A DNA stretch of 64,000 bases from a virus: the IMG/VR virus record IMGVR_UViG_3300037111_000040, positions 32,001 to 96,000 of that record, one strand, 5' to 3'. A program made the translations under genes and the position numbers. Positions 29,030 through 39,567 of this stretch are shown here, piece by piece. The notes below the pieces were generated by a model, which saw only the letters and a list, made by a program, of their open reading frames with translations, was not told where the DNA came from and searched no databases. Within the stretch, counting starts at the first letter, position 1; every line of letters starts with the position of its first letter.

Positions 29030-30342
29030 GCACAAACCCAGTCTCAATGCGATTGCCAATCGGAATCGAGGGAAAAGCCGAGCCCGAAGTTGTGGAGACT
29101 ATTCAATACCACGACGACGCGATTACCGACCTGCAACAGGCGATTCCGAAACTAAAATCTCAGATCGATTCTTTGGTGACTACTGTCGGGGCGGTGACTG
29201 CGTCATCTTCTTCGTCGAGTGGCTCCTCACAGAGCATCACGAACATCATAAACAACATTGGGTTCGTCAACCCGCAACAGGGAGTGACCATCTATGCGAC
29301 GCAGCCTAGCGATGAGGGTGCGCTGATCATTCTGAGTGACGCATCGCCTATCGCGGTGACCCTCACATCTGCCGGATCGATTCCCGGAATCACTCTTCCG
29401 TGGTACACATTCTTCCTCAATTTAGGATCGGGAACCGCCACTTTGACTCCAGCTACAGGGACGATCAGCTATCCCGGAAACCTTGGCGCGGCCTCCATGC
29501 CGGTGATCGCCGAAGCTATGGCGCTGGTCTACTTCGACGGGACAAATTTCTGGGCAGCTACCGTAATCGCAGGTGTGAGCGGATCAGGAACGACCGGCTA
29601 CATCCCTGTCTTTACAGGACCGACTGCCTTAGGAGACAGTCATCTTGACGATGGCGTAACGACTACTGGCATCATAACATCAAGTGAACCTTTAACTTGT
29701 AGCGATACTTCAACTACACCATCTTACTTTGCCGGTGTCTTATCTGGTGGTAGTGGTGCTGTCTTCGGCGCGACAGGTCAATCAGCTACTGACTTGTATA
29801 ACGACCTTGTTGGTAACTTTGGCAACATTGTGCCGATTCTTGCTGTTGCGGAAGGTACCTCGTACTTCGGGTCGTTGTCAACAGCACCTGGTGTTTCACC
29901 TACTATACTTTGGTCAGGAGCTTTCCTCGGTGTCAGTTGTGATGGCACTACTGCTGGTTCTAATGGATTCCTTTCATTCTTTGATAACAACTTCGCTGAG
30001 ACGCCCTTTTACATTGGCGGCACGAATCAGATCTACGTTCAACCGGCTAATAATACTGACTACCCATCTGCTCATGGCTATGTTGGTATTAACAACCCCT
30101 CTCCGGCTGTCCAGTTAGATGTAATTGGAGACATAGGCATAAGTGGTAACATAGCTATTCCTGCTAAGGTCACAGGTTATCACGGAACGGGTGCCGGTGA
30201 TGTTGATGTGCAGATGAGCGATGGGACAGGTTCTGCCGGAAACATGGCTATTTTTGACGCAGGCGGTGGTCTCACAGATGGCGGACCACCGGCAGGCGGC
30301 GGTGTTGGTTTCGCTCAGATATTTTTGTTGATGGGTGCATAA
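29026..30342 (+). CDS. Tail fibre protein
   Basis: N-terminal coiled coil; fibre motifs 'GSGTTGYIPVFTG', 'VGINNPSPAVQLDVIG'. Confidence 0.65.
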   Translation: MSTNPVSMRLPIGIEGKAEPEVVETIQYHDDAITDLQQAIPKLKSQIDSLVTTVGAVTASSSSSSGSSQSITNIINNIGFVNPQQGVTIYATQPSDEGALIILSDASPIAVTLTSAGSIPGITLPWYTFFLNLGSGTATLTPATGTISYPGNLGAASMPVIAEAMALVYFDGTNFWAATVIAGVSGSGTTGYIPVFTGPTALGDSHLDDGVTTTGIITSSEPLTCSDTSTTPSYFAGVLSGGSGAVFGATGQSATDLYNDLVGNFGNIVPILAVAEGTSYFGSLSTAPGVSPTILWSGAFLGVSCDGTTAGSNGFLSFFDNNFAETPFYIGGTNQIYVQPANNTDYPSAHGYVGINNPSPAVQLDVIGDIGISGNIAIPAKVTGYHGTGAGDVDVQMSDGTGSAGNMAIFDAGGGLTDGGPPAGGGVGFAQIFLLMGA

Positions 30343-30669
30343 ATGCCGACTACGATCAGAGTTCTCGCACAAGCATATCCCACGGCCACGGTCGAGACGA
30401 CTCTCTATACCTGTGCGACGACATCAGCGGTCATCTCCACGCTTACCATCTGCAACAACAGTGCCACCGCAGACGCGATCACTATGAGAATATGCGTCGG
30501 GGGGGCTGGCGATTCGAACGAGCAATTGATTCTTAGTGGAACGACTGTTGGAGGAAATGGAGTGCTTGCTCTGACAGTCGGCATCACCATGGAGAACACG
30601 GACGTAATAAAAGTCACTTCCGCAAATGGAACAAGTGCATTCAATTTGTTCGGTCAGGAAAACTCATGA
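30343..30669 (+). CDS. Small virion/fibre-associated protein
   Basis: 'TTLYTC...STLTICN...FNLFGQE'; translationally coupled. Confidence 0.6.
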   Translation: MPTTIRVLAQAYPTATVETTLYTCATTSAVISTLTICNNSATADAITMRICVGGAGDSNEQLILSGTTVGGNGVLALTVGITMENTDVIKVTSANGTSAFNLFGQENS

Positions 30670-31445
30670 GCATCGAATCTTATCCTCCCGGATTTCAGGG
30701 TCCCCAAGGCGCAACCGGCAGTCAGGGAAATGCTGGCGTACAGGGAAACACAGGCACTCAAGGTGCTACGGGAACACAGGGTCCGACAGGTTCGCAAGGC
30801 ACCACCGGCACTACTGGTACTCAAGGAACTCAGGGAGTACAGGGAACCCAAGGTGTTCAAGGAACGGTTGGAACTGGCACTCAAGGCACGACTGGCACGC
30901 AAGGAGATACTGGAGGAACTGGTTTACAAGGCACACAAGGAGCACAGGGGAGACAGGGAGCACAAGTACAGGGTGCAACCGGAGGGACTGGGCCTCAAGG
31001 AACTCAAGGACTTCAGGGGCCAGCACAAGGGTTGCAAGGTGCAACTGGTGGTACTGGACCTCAAGGAGCCACTGGTGCTCAGGGAGCACAAGGCAGACAG
31101 GGTGCCACTTCGGATATACGGTTGAAAAAAGATATTCGACCCTATCCCGGTGGCGTGCAGACAGTATTAGGAATTAAGCCTTGTATCTTCAAATACAATG
31201 GCCTGTACGATACCGCAGACGATGGCATTGACAAGGTTGGTATCATTGCTAACGAGTTGCAGGGCGTCATACCACAAGCAGTCTATGGGGTCAAGGGTAA
31301 GCTTCACCCTGAAGATGAGGAAACTTCCGACATTCTGCATTACGATTTGACGCCTTTAGTGATGGCAAACACGAACGCCATAAAAGAAGTCGTTGCGACA
31401 GTGGATGATCTGCTTCTCAGAGTCAAAAAGTTAGAAGGCGAATGA
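30666..31445 (+). CDS. Collagen-like fibre with C-terminal S74 intramolecular chaperone
   Basis: G-X-Q/T triplet repeats, then 'SDIRLKKDI' cleavage motif and 'GIIANEL'. Confidence 0.85.
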   Translation: MSIESYPPGFQGPQGATGSQGNAGVQGNTGTQGATGTQGPTGSQGTTGTTGTQGTQGVQGTQGVQGTVGTGTQGTTGTQGDTGGTGLQGTQGAQGRQGAQVQGATGGTGPQGTQGLQGPAQGLQGATGGTGPQGATGAQGAQGRQGATSDIRLKKDIRPYPGGVQTVLGIKPCIFKYNGLYDTADDGIDKVGIIANELQGVIPQAVYGVKGKLHPEDEETSDILHYDLTPLVMANTNAIKEVVATVDDLLLRVKKLEGE

Positions 31446-31484
31446 CCATGCTGTGCTGCTCAGCGGTCAGAAAGTTAGAAGGCG

Positions 31485-33311
31485 ATGTCTAATAGGAACT
31501 TCGTCCGCTCGGTGTTGGCAGAGGGCGGCGAAATCAAGCAACTAATGATTGCTTCCACAGACTCCGGTGGTCTCGGACTGTGTAATCCATCTGTGTTTGT
31601 TGACCGCGACGAACTCTGGATGATTCTGCGAAACGTCAACTATACACTCTACCATGCGGAGAACGGGCAAACGTTCAACAATCGCTTCGGTCCTCTCGCC
31701 TATCTCAATCCCGAAAACGACCTGCATTTACGGACAACGAATTTCCTTTGCAAACTCGCTCCAAGCCTCGAAATCGAACGCTATTGGAAGATTGACACAA
31801 GCATGCTCGATAAAGAGCCGCTATGGGAGTTTGTCGGGCTTGAGGACGCACGCCTCGTTCGGTGGGATGGACATCTCTATGCCATTGGGTGTCGGCGAGA
31901 CACCACAACCAACGGGCAAAGCAGAATGGAATTTTCAGAACTGGAAGTGACAGATAAATCTGTAAAAGAAATTGGTCGCTACCGCATTGAGCACCCCACA
32001 AATCCTGAATGGTATTGCGAAAAGAACTGGATGCCTGTGCTCGATATGCCGTACCACTTCATCCAGTGGACAAATCCTGCCGTGCTGGTCAAGGCTGACC
32101 TAACGACGCTGAAATCGTGTCGCGTGCGGGAAGTGGATGAAGCCGATAAAATTGAAGGGATGCCATTTCTTCGTGGTAATTCCCAAGTCATTCATTGGAA
32201 GGATTACTACGTCTGCGTAGTTCACGACTGCGACCTTTTCAAGAACAACATCGGGCAGAAAGACGCCACGTATATGCACCGATTTGTGGTCTATGACCAG
32301 AACTGGAAAATCGTAAGAATCGGTGAACCATTTTCGTTCTTGGATGGGGAGATAGAATTTTGCTGCGGACTGACGGAGTGGCAAAACGACCTGCTGATAA
32401 CTTTCGGGTTCCAAGATAACTGCGCTTTCATTCTTCGGGTGCCGGAACGGGCGATTCCCAAGGTGCTGGGTCTGAATGAAACCTCACAGCAGCCAAGAGT
32501 TAAAAATAAGTGGCACACAACTTCCTACCCGACACTTGAAATAACAACCGCCATTCCAAAGAATGGATGCCCACCGCATTGCGCGTTCTGCCCACAAGAT
32601 AAACTAGTCGCGGTATACAACGGGGAACGCATTCTGTCTTTGCCGGATTATGTAAAGCTTATCGACAAGGTGCCGCCAGAAATACAGATTACCTTCGCTG
32701 GTTGCGCAGAGCCTTTTCTAAACCCCAATTGCGCGGCGATGATATGCCATGCCCACGCTACGGGGCACAAGGTTTCCCTGTTCACAACTGGGATGGGGAT
32801 GAGCCTCGCCGACTTCGAGCAGATTAAGGGGATACCGTTCACAGGAGTGCAGGGCGGGTTCGTCCTTCACCTTCCCGACGTAGAGGGTTACTTTTCCCAT
32901 CATTCAGACAAATACACGCAACTGTTAACGGCGATTAAGCGTGAATCACGTCATATCGAGAATTTCCGCTCCATGACGATGGGGACACTATCACCGGCTT
33001 TGCGAGGGCTGTTCCCTGAAACAATCAGACCTGCTATGTACAATCGGGCGGGTAATGTGAAGAAAACTGAGTTCATTCAGATTAGTCTCAACACAACGGA
33101 AATGAGAAATAGCGATACAACTTGTGGTTGTCCAGAGCGGCTGTATCATAGTGTTCTGTTGCCAAACGGCGATGTCTCACTCTGCTGCATGGATTACGGT
33201 TTGGAGCACATACTAGGCAATTTGTACAAGCATTCCTTTGAAGAAATCGTTCCCAAGGATGGCACGCCATTCGTATTGTGCAAGACCTGTGAAAACGGAG
33301 TTCCAGCATGA
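31485..33311 (+). CDS. Glycosidase-like beta-propeller fused to radical SAM/SPASM domain
   Basis: 'NPS','GLEDARL','EKNWMP','IEFCCGL' (GH130-like); 'CPPHCAFCPQ' and SPASM 'PNGDVSLCCMDY..EHILGNL...CKTC'. Confidence 0.7.
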   Translation: MSNRNFVRSVLAEGGEIKQLMIASTDSGGLGLCNPSVFVDRDELWMILRNVNYTLYHAENGQTFNNRFGPLAYLNPENDLHLRTTNFLCKLAPSLEIERYWKIDTSMLDKEPLWEFVGLEDARLVRWDGHLYAIGCRRDTTTNGQSRMEFSELEVTDKSVKEIGRYRIEHPTNPEWYCEKNWMPVLDMPYHFIQWTNPAVLVKADLTTLKSCRVREVDEADKIEGMPFLRGNSQVIHWKDYYVCVVHDCDLFKNNIGQKDATYMHRFVVYDQNWKIVRIGEPFSFLDGEIEFCCGLTEWQNDLLITFGFQDNCAFILRVPERAIPKVLGLNETSQQPRVKNKWHTTSYPTLEITTAIPKNGCPPHCAFCPQDKLVAVYNGERILSLPDYVKLIDKVPPEIQITFAGCAEPFLNPNCAAMICHAHATGHKVSLFTTGMGMSLADFEQIKGIPFTGVQGGFVLHLPDVEGYFSHHSDKYTQLLTAIKRESRHIENFRSMTMGTLSPALRGLFPETIRPAMYNRAGNVKKTEFIQISLNTTEMRNSDTTCGCPERLYHSVLLPNGDVSLCCMDYGLEHILGNLYKHSFEEIVPKDGTPFVLCKTCENGVPA

Positions 33312-34516
33312 GCGAACTGCTGAATTACGTCAGTGACCCCGAGAACGCGGAGTATAACTTTTCGCTGGGGAACTGGTATGAAAACCAAGGTCACACCGCC
33401 GCAGCAGCCGGGTTCTACATCAGGACAACTGAATACTCAACGAACGCCTTGCTCATCTACGAGGCGCTTTTGCGACTTGCCAACTGTTTTACACGGCAGG
33501 GCTGTCGGGTCTACACGACCAAAGGCATTTTGCTCAGGGCCATCTCTCTGATGCCCGACCGGCCAGAAGCCTATTTTCTTCTGAGCCGCTTGTACGAGGT
33601 CAACAAGGATTGGCAGGAATCCTACACCTTCTCGATTATGGGTCAGAAGCTGCATGAAGACCACCCAAAGTTACGCACGAACGTGGACTATCCGGGGCGA
33701 TACGCCTTGGTGTTTGAACAAGCTGTATCTGCATGGTGGATTGGTCTGTTCGATGAATCCCTTCATCTCCTTAGACAATTGAAGAAGAATCCCACGATGT
33801 TGCCAGTACACATTATGGCCGTACAGAATAATCTACAGAGGCTCGACGGCACGTTGTGGACTGACCCACTAATCTACTATGGCTCGATGTACGAGCAACT
33901 GCGGGTCAAATTCCCCGGTTCACGATTCATCGAACGCAACTATTCGCAGATGTACCAAGATATGTTCGTGTTGACGATGCTCAACGGGAAGCGCGATGGT
34001 ACGTTTTTTGAACTCGGATGCGGAGACCCCACCTTCACGAACAATACGAAACTGCTTGAGGAGTGGGGATGGAGCGGTGTGTCCATCGACATAAAACCGT
34101 CAATAACAGCGAAGTACGCCAAGGAACGAAAAAGCACCGTCATCACTGGTGATGCCGTAAAATTGGACTACGATGCGCTAATCACAAAAGACTACGACTA
34201 TCTGCAAATCGACACCGACCCGAACTCCTTCAACGTATTGTTGCAGCTACCGTTTGAAACTCGAAAATTCGCTGTGATTACATTTGAACACGACGACTAC
34301 CTCTCTCCTGACCCCACTGTCAAGGAGCGTAGTAGACGGTATCTTGAATCACATGGCTACCTTCTAGTCGTTGGTGATATTGCACCGAGGAAATACGATA
34401 GCATGGAAGACTGGTGGATTCACCCCGATCTGGTCGATCCAAAGATCGTGGATCGAATGCGCGACAACGGTACCGGCGTTAAAAGAGCGGACGAGTACAT
34501 GCTCATGCACGCGTAA
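33308..34516 (+). CDS. TPR + FkbM-like methyltransferase
   Basis: 'PDRPEAYF' TPR; 'YSQ..QD.FV..ML..KRDGTFFELG', 'VITFEHD', 'EDWW'. Confidence 0.75.
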   Translation: MSELLNYVSDPENAEYNFSLGNWYENQGHTAAAAGFYIRTTEYSTNALLIYEALLRLANCFTRQGCRVYTTKGILLRAISLMPDRPEAYFLLSRLYEVNKDWQESYTFSIMGQKLHEDHPKLRTNVDYPGRYALVFEQAVSAWWIGLFDESLHLLRQLKKNPTMLPVHIMAVQNNLQRLDGTLWTDPLIYYGSMYEQLRVKFPGSRFIERNYSQMYQDMFVLTMLNGKRDGTFFELGCGDPTFTNNTKLLEEWGWSGVSIDIKPSITAKYAKERKSTVITGDAVKLDYDALITKDYDYLQIDTDPNSFNVLLQLPFETRKFAVITFEHDDYLSPDPTVKERSRRYLESHGYLLVVGDIAPRKYDSMEDWWIHPDLVDPKIVDRMRDNGTGVKRADEYMLMHA

Positions 34517-34613
34517 GGATTTTTAGGGCGTTTATCTTGTAATCGGTGTAGAATGGCGATGTGTTGAGCGGCGGTCCGGGAGCCGGTGCTCGCCTCGCGT
34601 TTGGAGGTGTGCC

Positions 34614-35123
34614 ATGGGCTTCTGGGAATCGGTTTTCGGCGGTCAAAATCTAGGTCTCAACGCGGCCATCGGCCAAACCAGCCAAGCCGCTGGCGAAGCT
34701 ACCCAGCGAGGCGAGAAGAACACAGCCGCTGCATCCGATTGGTGGAACTCCATCGTGAGCGGCGATGCCACGAAGACGGCGCAGGCAATCGCTCCCGAAA
34801 GAAGCGCCGCCGAAAAATCCACACAACAAGACATCAAGAGTGCTACCGAACTGGGCACACGCTCGGGAGGTACAGCCGCGTCCAACGCCGCGACGAAGGA
34901 CAAGCTCCACGAGTATATGACGAACCTCATCGGCAGTCTCACAGGAAGCTCTGTGAGTGGTCTTGCGACAACTGGCGGTGATCTCTTGAAGACTGGCATG
35001 ACCGGCATCGGGCAGGAGGCCGAACTGTCCCAGCAACGGTATGAGAACTGGAACAACAGTATCCTTGGCCGCGCTACCACGACTGGTGCAGCGGCTGGGG
35101 AAGCATTTGCACTTGGCGGGTAG
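34614..35123 (+). CDS. DNA ejection/pilot-like protein
   Basis: G/A/T-rich, 'MGFWESVFGG' start, GGAGG RBS; TAGAAT -10 upstream. Confidence 0.55.
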   Translation: MGFWESVFGGQNLGLNAAIGQTSQAAGEATQRGEKNTAAASDWWNSIVSGDATKTAQAIAPERSAAEKSTQQDIKSATELGTRSGGTAASNAATKDKLHEYMTNLIGSLTGSSVSGLATTGGDLLKTGMTGIGQEAELSQQRYENWNNSILGRATTTGAAAGEAFALGG

Positions 35124-35151
35124 CGTCACAAATCACAAGGAGACGACAAAA

Positions 35152-35418
35152 ATGGCGAACGACGAAGCGTGGCAAGCTGGAATGGATATTGCCTCAAAGC
35201 ACAAGGACAAAAAGAACAATAAAGGCAAATTTCTCGTCCAAGCGAGCGCCGACAAAATGGCGAGCCCGAAGTCCTTCAAGAAGGGCGGAAAAGTGAAGAA
35301 ATCGGGGTACGCTCGCGTCCACAAGGACGAGGTGGTTCTCACCGCTGGGCAGGCCAAAGGTCGCCGTAAGGGCGGCAAGAAGAAGGCCGCGCGGAAGAGA
35401 GTCGCGAGGAAGGCATAG
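35152..35418 (+). CDS. Small basic protein (MANDEAWQAG...RKRVARKA)
   Basis: AAGGAG RBS; 'FKKGGKV...VHKDEVVL' motif. Confidence 0.75.
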   Translation: MANDEAWQAGMDIASKHKDKKNNKGKFLVQASADKMASPKSFKKGGKVKKSGYARVHKDEVVLTAGQAKGRRKGGKKKAARKRVARKA

Positions 35419-35422
35419 CCAG

Positions 35423-37018
35423 ATGGCGAACGAGAGTGCATGGCAAGAAGGTTGGCAGCTTGGCGCACAGCGCGGACAAGAACGGCGCGCTCACAAGCAA
35501 GCTTTGTCCGACGCTGAGTTTCAGGAAAAGCACAACGAAATTCAGGGGATGGTGGACAACCTCCAGACCAGACTCTCGACGCTCGATCCCAGCAGCACGG
35601 AGTATCTCCAAACACGCGACCAACTAGCGCAAGCTCTGCAGACACGCGACGAGCATTGGGGAAGCCAGACCCATCCGAACGCGCTGATGAGATTCGGAAA
35701 GATGTTGGGCAAGGACCTCCGTTTCCCTAAGAAGCCAGCATCGGCTCCCGCTCCGCCTCCGATCTACGGACAGTCGACGATTGACGCGAACGGAGAGAAA
35801 ATTCCAGCAGGCCCAGCCTACGAAATCCGCGAGCAGGGTTCACAAACGCCGGAGCAAGTTAAGGCACAGGCCGAGGCTACTCAGCTTGCCTCCGCAGGAC
35901 CGCCGTCTCCAACCGAGCAAGGAGAGGCAACAGCGCAAACGGAGATCACAAGAACAAACGCTGTTAACCAAGCGACGATTGAGTGGCTCAAGAAGAATAA
36001 TGCCCCACAAGAGGTAATCGATCAGGCGGTGGCGAGCCTCGCCAAGGTTCCTCTCACGAAGGGCGTGAAGGCGATAGGACAGCCTTACAAAGACTCGAAT
36101 GATGGAAAATTCTACCAGCGTTTCTTGAATCCGGACGGCACCGATTTCCGCGAAGAGGTTCCCGGATACACGCAGCCAGCAGGAAAGGCGAGTCATTCGA
36201 AGTTCGCTGAAACGGAGGCCGCATACAGACACGACTACAACATCCCTGAAGGGGAGCCTCTGACTGTGGCCGATATTCTGTTCATCAACCAGCAAACGGC
36301 GCTATCGAGTGCGGCCCCCTCCGAGAGCATCACCACCACTCTGAAGCAGGACTTAAACGGCTGGTATGTGCCGGTTACGGAAACGAATCGCCGTGTCCCC
36401 GGATTTGGGGTAATCCTGAAGCCACCCCGTGGGCCGTTACCGGGCGAAGATGAAAATGCTCAACCCGGAGAGGGACAACCGACGCATTTGGGCGGGGTAA
36501 AGAAAAAGGCACAGGCTGCTGGCTCACCGACCGCGTCATCTGGTGCAACTCATGTCGGCAAGGCGGTTCTCCGTGGCCGCACACCGGAGTACACGGCAGC
36601 GTACAAGGACTACGAGACTGCCAAGGGATTGTCTAAAATTGCTGATCTGGTGGCACAGCATCCGGACGATGCGATCAACCAGAAGCGCCTTGCTGTTGCT
36701 CTTGAGAAAGTCAGCGCCGGAAGGTTCACGACACAGGCTCTCGACTACATCATCACATCCGGATGGGGGAACACGATTCAGCAGTGGGTCAATAATCCGA
36801 CACACGGTGCTTTGCCAGCCGATATTCTCCGCCAATTGATTGACGGCGCGCATGAAAACGAAACGGCGAAGAAGCAAGTTCTCGACGACATAAACACATC
36901 GGAAAGCGAGCCCGAAGGTTCCACACCGCCGTCGTCCACGAATCCCGACCTAGATGCGATCATGAGAACCCTACAGAACGGACCATCGCAAACCGCACCT
37001 GCGCATCCGCCACAGTAA
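35423..37018 (+). CDS. Internal virion/ejection protein (putative)
   Basis: Helical, Q/A/P-rich; position. Confidence 0.55.
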   Translation: MANESAWQEGWQLGAQRGQERRAHKQALSDAEFQEKHNEIQGMVDNLQTRLSTLDPSSTEYLQTRDQLAQALQTRDEHWGSQTHPNALMRFGKMLGKDLRFPKKPASAPAPPPIYGQSTIDANGEKIPAGPAYEIREQGSQTPEQVKAQAEATQLASAGPPSPTEQGEATAQTEITRTNAVNQATIEWLKKNNAPQEVIDQAVASLAKVPLTKGVKAIGQPYKDSNDGKFYQRFLNPDGTDFREEVPGYTQPAGKASHSKFAETEAAYRHDYNIPEGEPLTVADILFINQQTALSSAAPSESITTTLKQDLNGWYVPVTETNRRVPGFGVILKPPRGPLPGEDENAQPGEGQPTHLGGVKKKAQAAGSPTASSGATHVGKAVLRGRTPEYTAAYKDYETAKGLSKIADLVAQHPDDAINQKRLAVALEKVSAGRFTTQALDYIITSGWGNTIQQWVNNPTHGALPADILRQLIDGAHENETAKKQVLDDINTSESEPEGSTPPSSTNPDLDAIMRTLQNGPSQTAPAHPPQ

Positions 37019-37020
37019 AA

Positions 37021-39567
37021 ATGGCAAACGATCTCACTTACGATCAGGCAATCGAGAAGCTCAGGAAACTCTCAGAGCCCGAGCAGAGGCTTGTCCTTGG
37101 AAAGATGTCTCCAGATGCGCTGAAGCAAATTCGGCAAAGGCTCGAAGCTCCACAAGCGGACTTCACCGCGAATCCGAAGGGCGAGGGGCTGTACCGGATG
37201 CTCCCCTCATCGGATCAGGGATTCACAAATATATCGGATGAGGTTCAGATTCCTTTCAGCAACGTGCAAAAGGCCATCGATGCCGGTTTCCATCTTCATC
37301 CAGACGAAGCACCGCGCTACCAAAGGGACTTCGAGCATCAAGGCGAGGGACCGACCATTCTCGAAAGGGCGAACGACAAGATTCAAAATCTCTTGCAGCC
37401 ATCCACTGGGCGCATTGGTCAGATGCCGATTGCTCCGTCTGGATTCGATGTTAACGCTATGAAAGCGGCTGGCAGAAGTCTTTACAGCGCACCGGAGTTT
37501 TTGAAGGATTTGTCAGTGGCTCTTTATGGGGCGGTGCGTCCGAGTGCTGGCGCGCAGGATGTGAACAATCTCCTCAACATGATCGATCCGACGCAAGTTC
37601 CGGACCAATTGCGTACACAGTTCCGTGAGGACGCGAAGAAGGACCCAAAGTTGGCTGTCGACAATTTGCTGGGGAGCATCGCGGGTATGGGCATACTCGC
37701 CGCCGTCACTCACGGAGCGGCAAAAACCGTGGGGGAGGTTTACGCGAAGACGAGTATAGTTCCAGCCGAGCATTTGCGTACTGGGATCAGGGATACATTG
37801 GGCGTATCCGAAAACACCGAGCGGACGGTTGAGAAGTTCGGCAAGGAATCCGAGGATGTGCGGAAGAAAAACGTCAATGAGACTGAGCAGAACCGAAAGG
37901 ACAAGATCAAGGCCATCAAGGACCGGCAGGAAGAGGAGGCCAAGCACCAGCAGGCAACCGACGAAGTACGGAAGCGCAACGATGCGGTCATGCGCGACCG
38001 CCAGAAGCGCGTCGACACGCAACAAAAGTTGGACACCGCATCGAAGGAACTCGACGACAAGATCGCTAAGGCCGAGAAGGACGCGAACGCCGCTAACAAT
38101 GCCGCGTGGAAGGTATGGCGCGCCAAGGTCGCCAATGTCCAAGTGGATATGCAGACCGTGGTCGACGCGATCAAGGCACAAACGGACAAGATGAGTCCGG
38201 AGCAAGTTTCAACGTTCAAGGAAATCCTTCGCGAGACAGCGCCAGCGGAAGAGGATTTGTCCGAGCTTGACCAGACGAGAAACTCTATCGCGAAGAACGC
38301 AGGCTACGACAAACCATACGCAGAACTTCCGCCCGACAGAAAAGCGGTCATTGACGATCAAATAAAGCGTATCGGTTTGGGCGATCTAGCCGATGAAGCC
38401 ACTGGTGGTGAAGGTGGTGGCGCGACGGGCGGCGGACGCGGTCTTAAACAGATTTCCGCCAGCCGTCTCCATGGGTGGAAGACTCAGTTGGAAGATGCAG
38501 TGCGCGCCGACCGCACTGGCAATGTGAAGTACGCCATCGGACAGGTGCTTCAGGTCGTCCGAAAGCTTGAAGAGGATGTTTCAAAAGAGGCCGGAGCCGA
38601 CGATGAGTTGAAGAAAGCGCGCGCCCTCCATGGCCCCTACGTCGACACATTCCGGAACACGCAGACGACACCGGGAACCGCCGCGAACTACGTCAGGTCG
38701 AAGGTCACACCGGGCTTCACGAGGGACGCGAAGCTGGAAGACTACCTTGGAAGGGTCGGGCAATATGATCATTCGATTCCGAAGCTCGCGCAACACGTCG
38801 AAAACTTGCAAGCAGGACTGAAGGCACTTCCCAAGGATCAGCCTCTTCGCGAGCAGATCACACTTCCGCCGCCGCCGCTTGAACCAGCATCGAAGTTTGA
38901 GCCAAAACCACTCACTCCGCATCCAGAGGTTCCCAACATTCAGGCGGAGAACGTACAGTACATCGACCGTGGATTGCGCAAGTACGGCAAGGTCGGAAGC
39001 TGGGTATTGAGAATTGTCGTTGGCGGACTAACCACGAGGCTGGCACACGGTAATTTGAGCGAGTTCGGTGGAGAATTGCTCGTTGGACAAGTCGGTGTGA
39101 CGCTACTGACAAAAGCCTTGCGCTCGCCGAGCGTCCTCGAATGGCTGGCAAGGCCGAGCGCCGAAGACATGCAGATGATCGAGAGCCTTCCGCCACAGGA
39201 TGCGGACAAGCTTCGTCTATCGCTCAATCTTCTCGCCAACGAGGACAAGCTCAGAGACCCGCGCCTAAATAGCTTGCAGATCGCTCCAGCAATGGCGGCG
39301 TGGCTTGCCGGGGGAAAGGCGACACAGCAAACACCTCCAGCGCTACTCGATGTCAAGAAGCAGGGCGAACAGTTGCAAGCTCCACCCGCCCCGCCTCCGG
39401 CCCCACCGGCTGCGCCACCGCCTCCACCCGGACCGCAGGCGTCGGTAGCGGCAGCTAATTTGCAAAAGATCATCGAATCGGCTCAGGCGCTCCAAGGCGG
39501 AGGCGGACCGAAGCCCGTTTGGAGCCACGTCTACAGCGAAGAGCTTGGGAGAATAATACCCGTTTGA
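37021..39567 (+). CDS. Large internal virion/ejection protein (putative)
   Basis: 848 aa coiled coil with hydrophobic patches; position. Confidence 0.55.
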   Translation: MANDLTYDQAIEKLRKLSEPEQRLVLGKMSPDALKQIRQRLEAPQADFTANPKGEGLYRMLPSSDQGFTNISDEVQIPFSNVQKAIDAGFHLHPDEAPRYQRDFEHQGEGPTILERANDKIQNLLQPSTGRIGQMPIAPSGFDVNAMKAAGRSLYSAPEFLKDLSVALYGAVRPSAGAQDVNNLLNMIDPTQVPDQLRTQFREDAKKDPKLAVDNLLGSIAGMGILAAVTHGAAKTVGEVYAKTSIVPAEHLRTGIRDTLGVSENTERTVEKFGKESEDVRKKNVNETEQNRKDKIKAIKDRQEEEAKHQQATDEVRKRNDAVMRDRQKRVDTQQKLDTASKELDDKIAKAEKDANAANNAAWKVWRAKVANVQVDMQTVVDAIKAQTDKMSPEQVSTFKEILRETAPAEEDLSELDQTRNSIAKNAGYDKPYAELPPDRKAVIDDQIKRIGLGDLADEATGGEGGGATGGGRGLKQISASRLHGWKTQLEDAVRADRTGNVKYAIGQVLQVVRKLEEDVSKEAGADDELKKARALHGPYVDTFRNTQTTPGTAANYVRSKVTPGFTRDAKLEDYLGRVGQYDHSIPKLAQHVENLQAGLKALPKDQPLREQITLPPPPLEPASKFEPKPLTPHPEVPNIQAENVQYIDRGLRKYGKVGSWVLRIVVGGLTTRLAHGNLSEFGGELLVGQVGVTLLTKALRSPSVLEWLARPSAEDMQMIESLPPQDADKLRLSLNLLANEDKLRDPRLNSLQIAPAMAAWLAGGKATQQTPPALLDVKKQGEQLQAPPAPPPAPPAAPPPPPGPQASVAAANLQKIIESAQALQGGGGPKPVWSHVYSEELGRIIPV

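Noticed and set aside
30690-31105. Possible CRISPR or tandem DNA repeat
   Set aside because: 9-bp periodicity is explained by collagen G-X-Y coding; no spacers.
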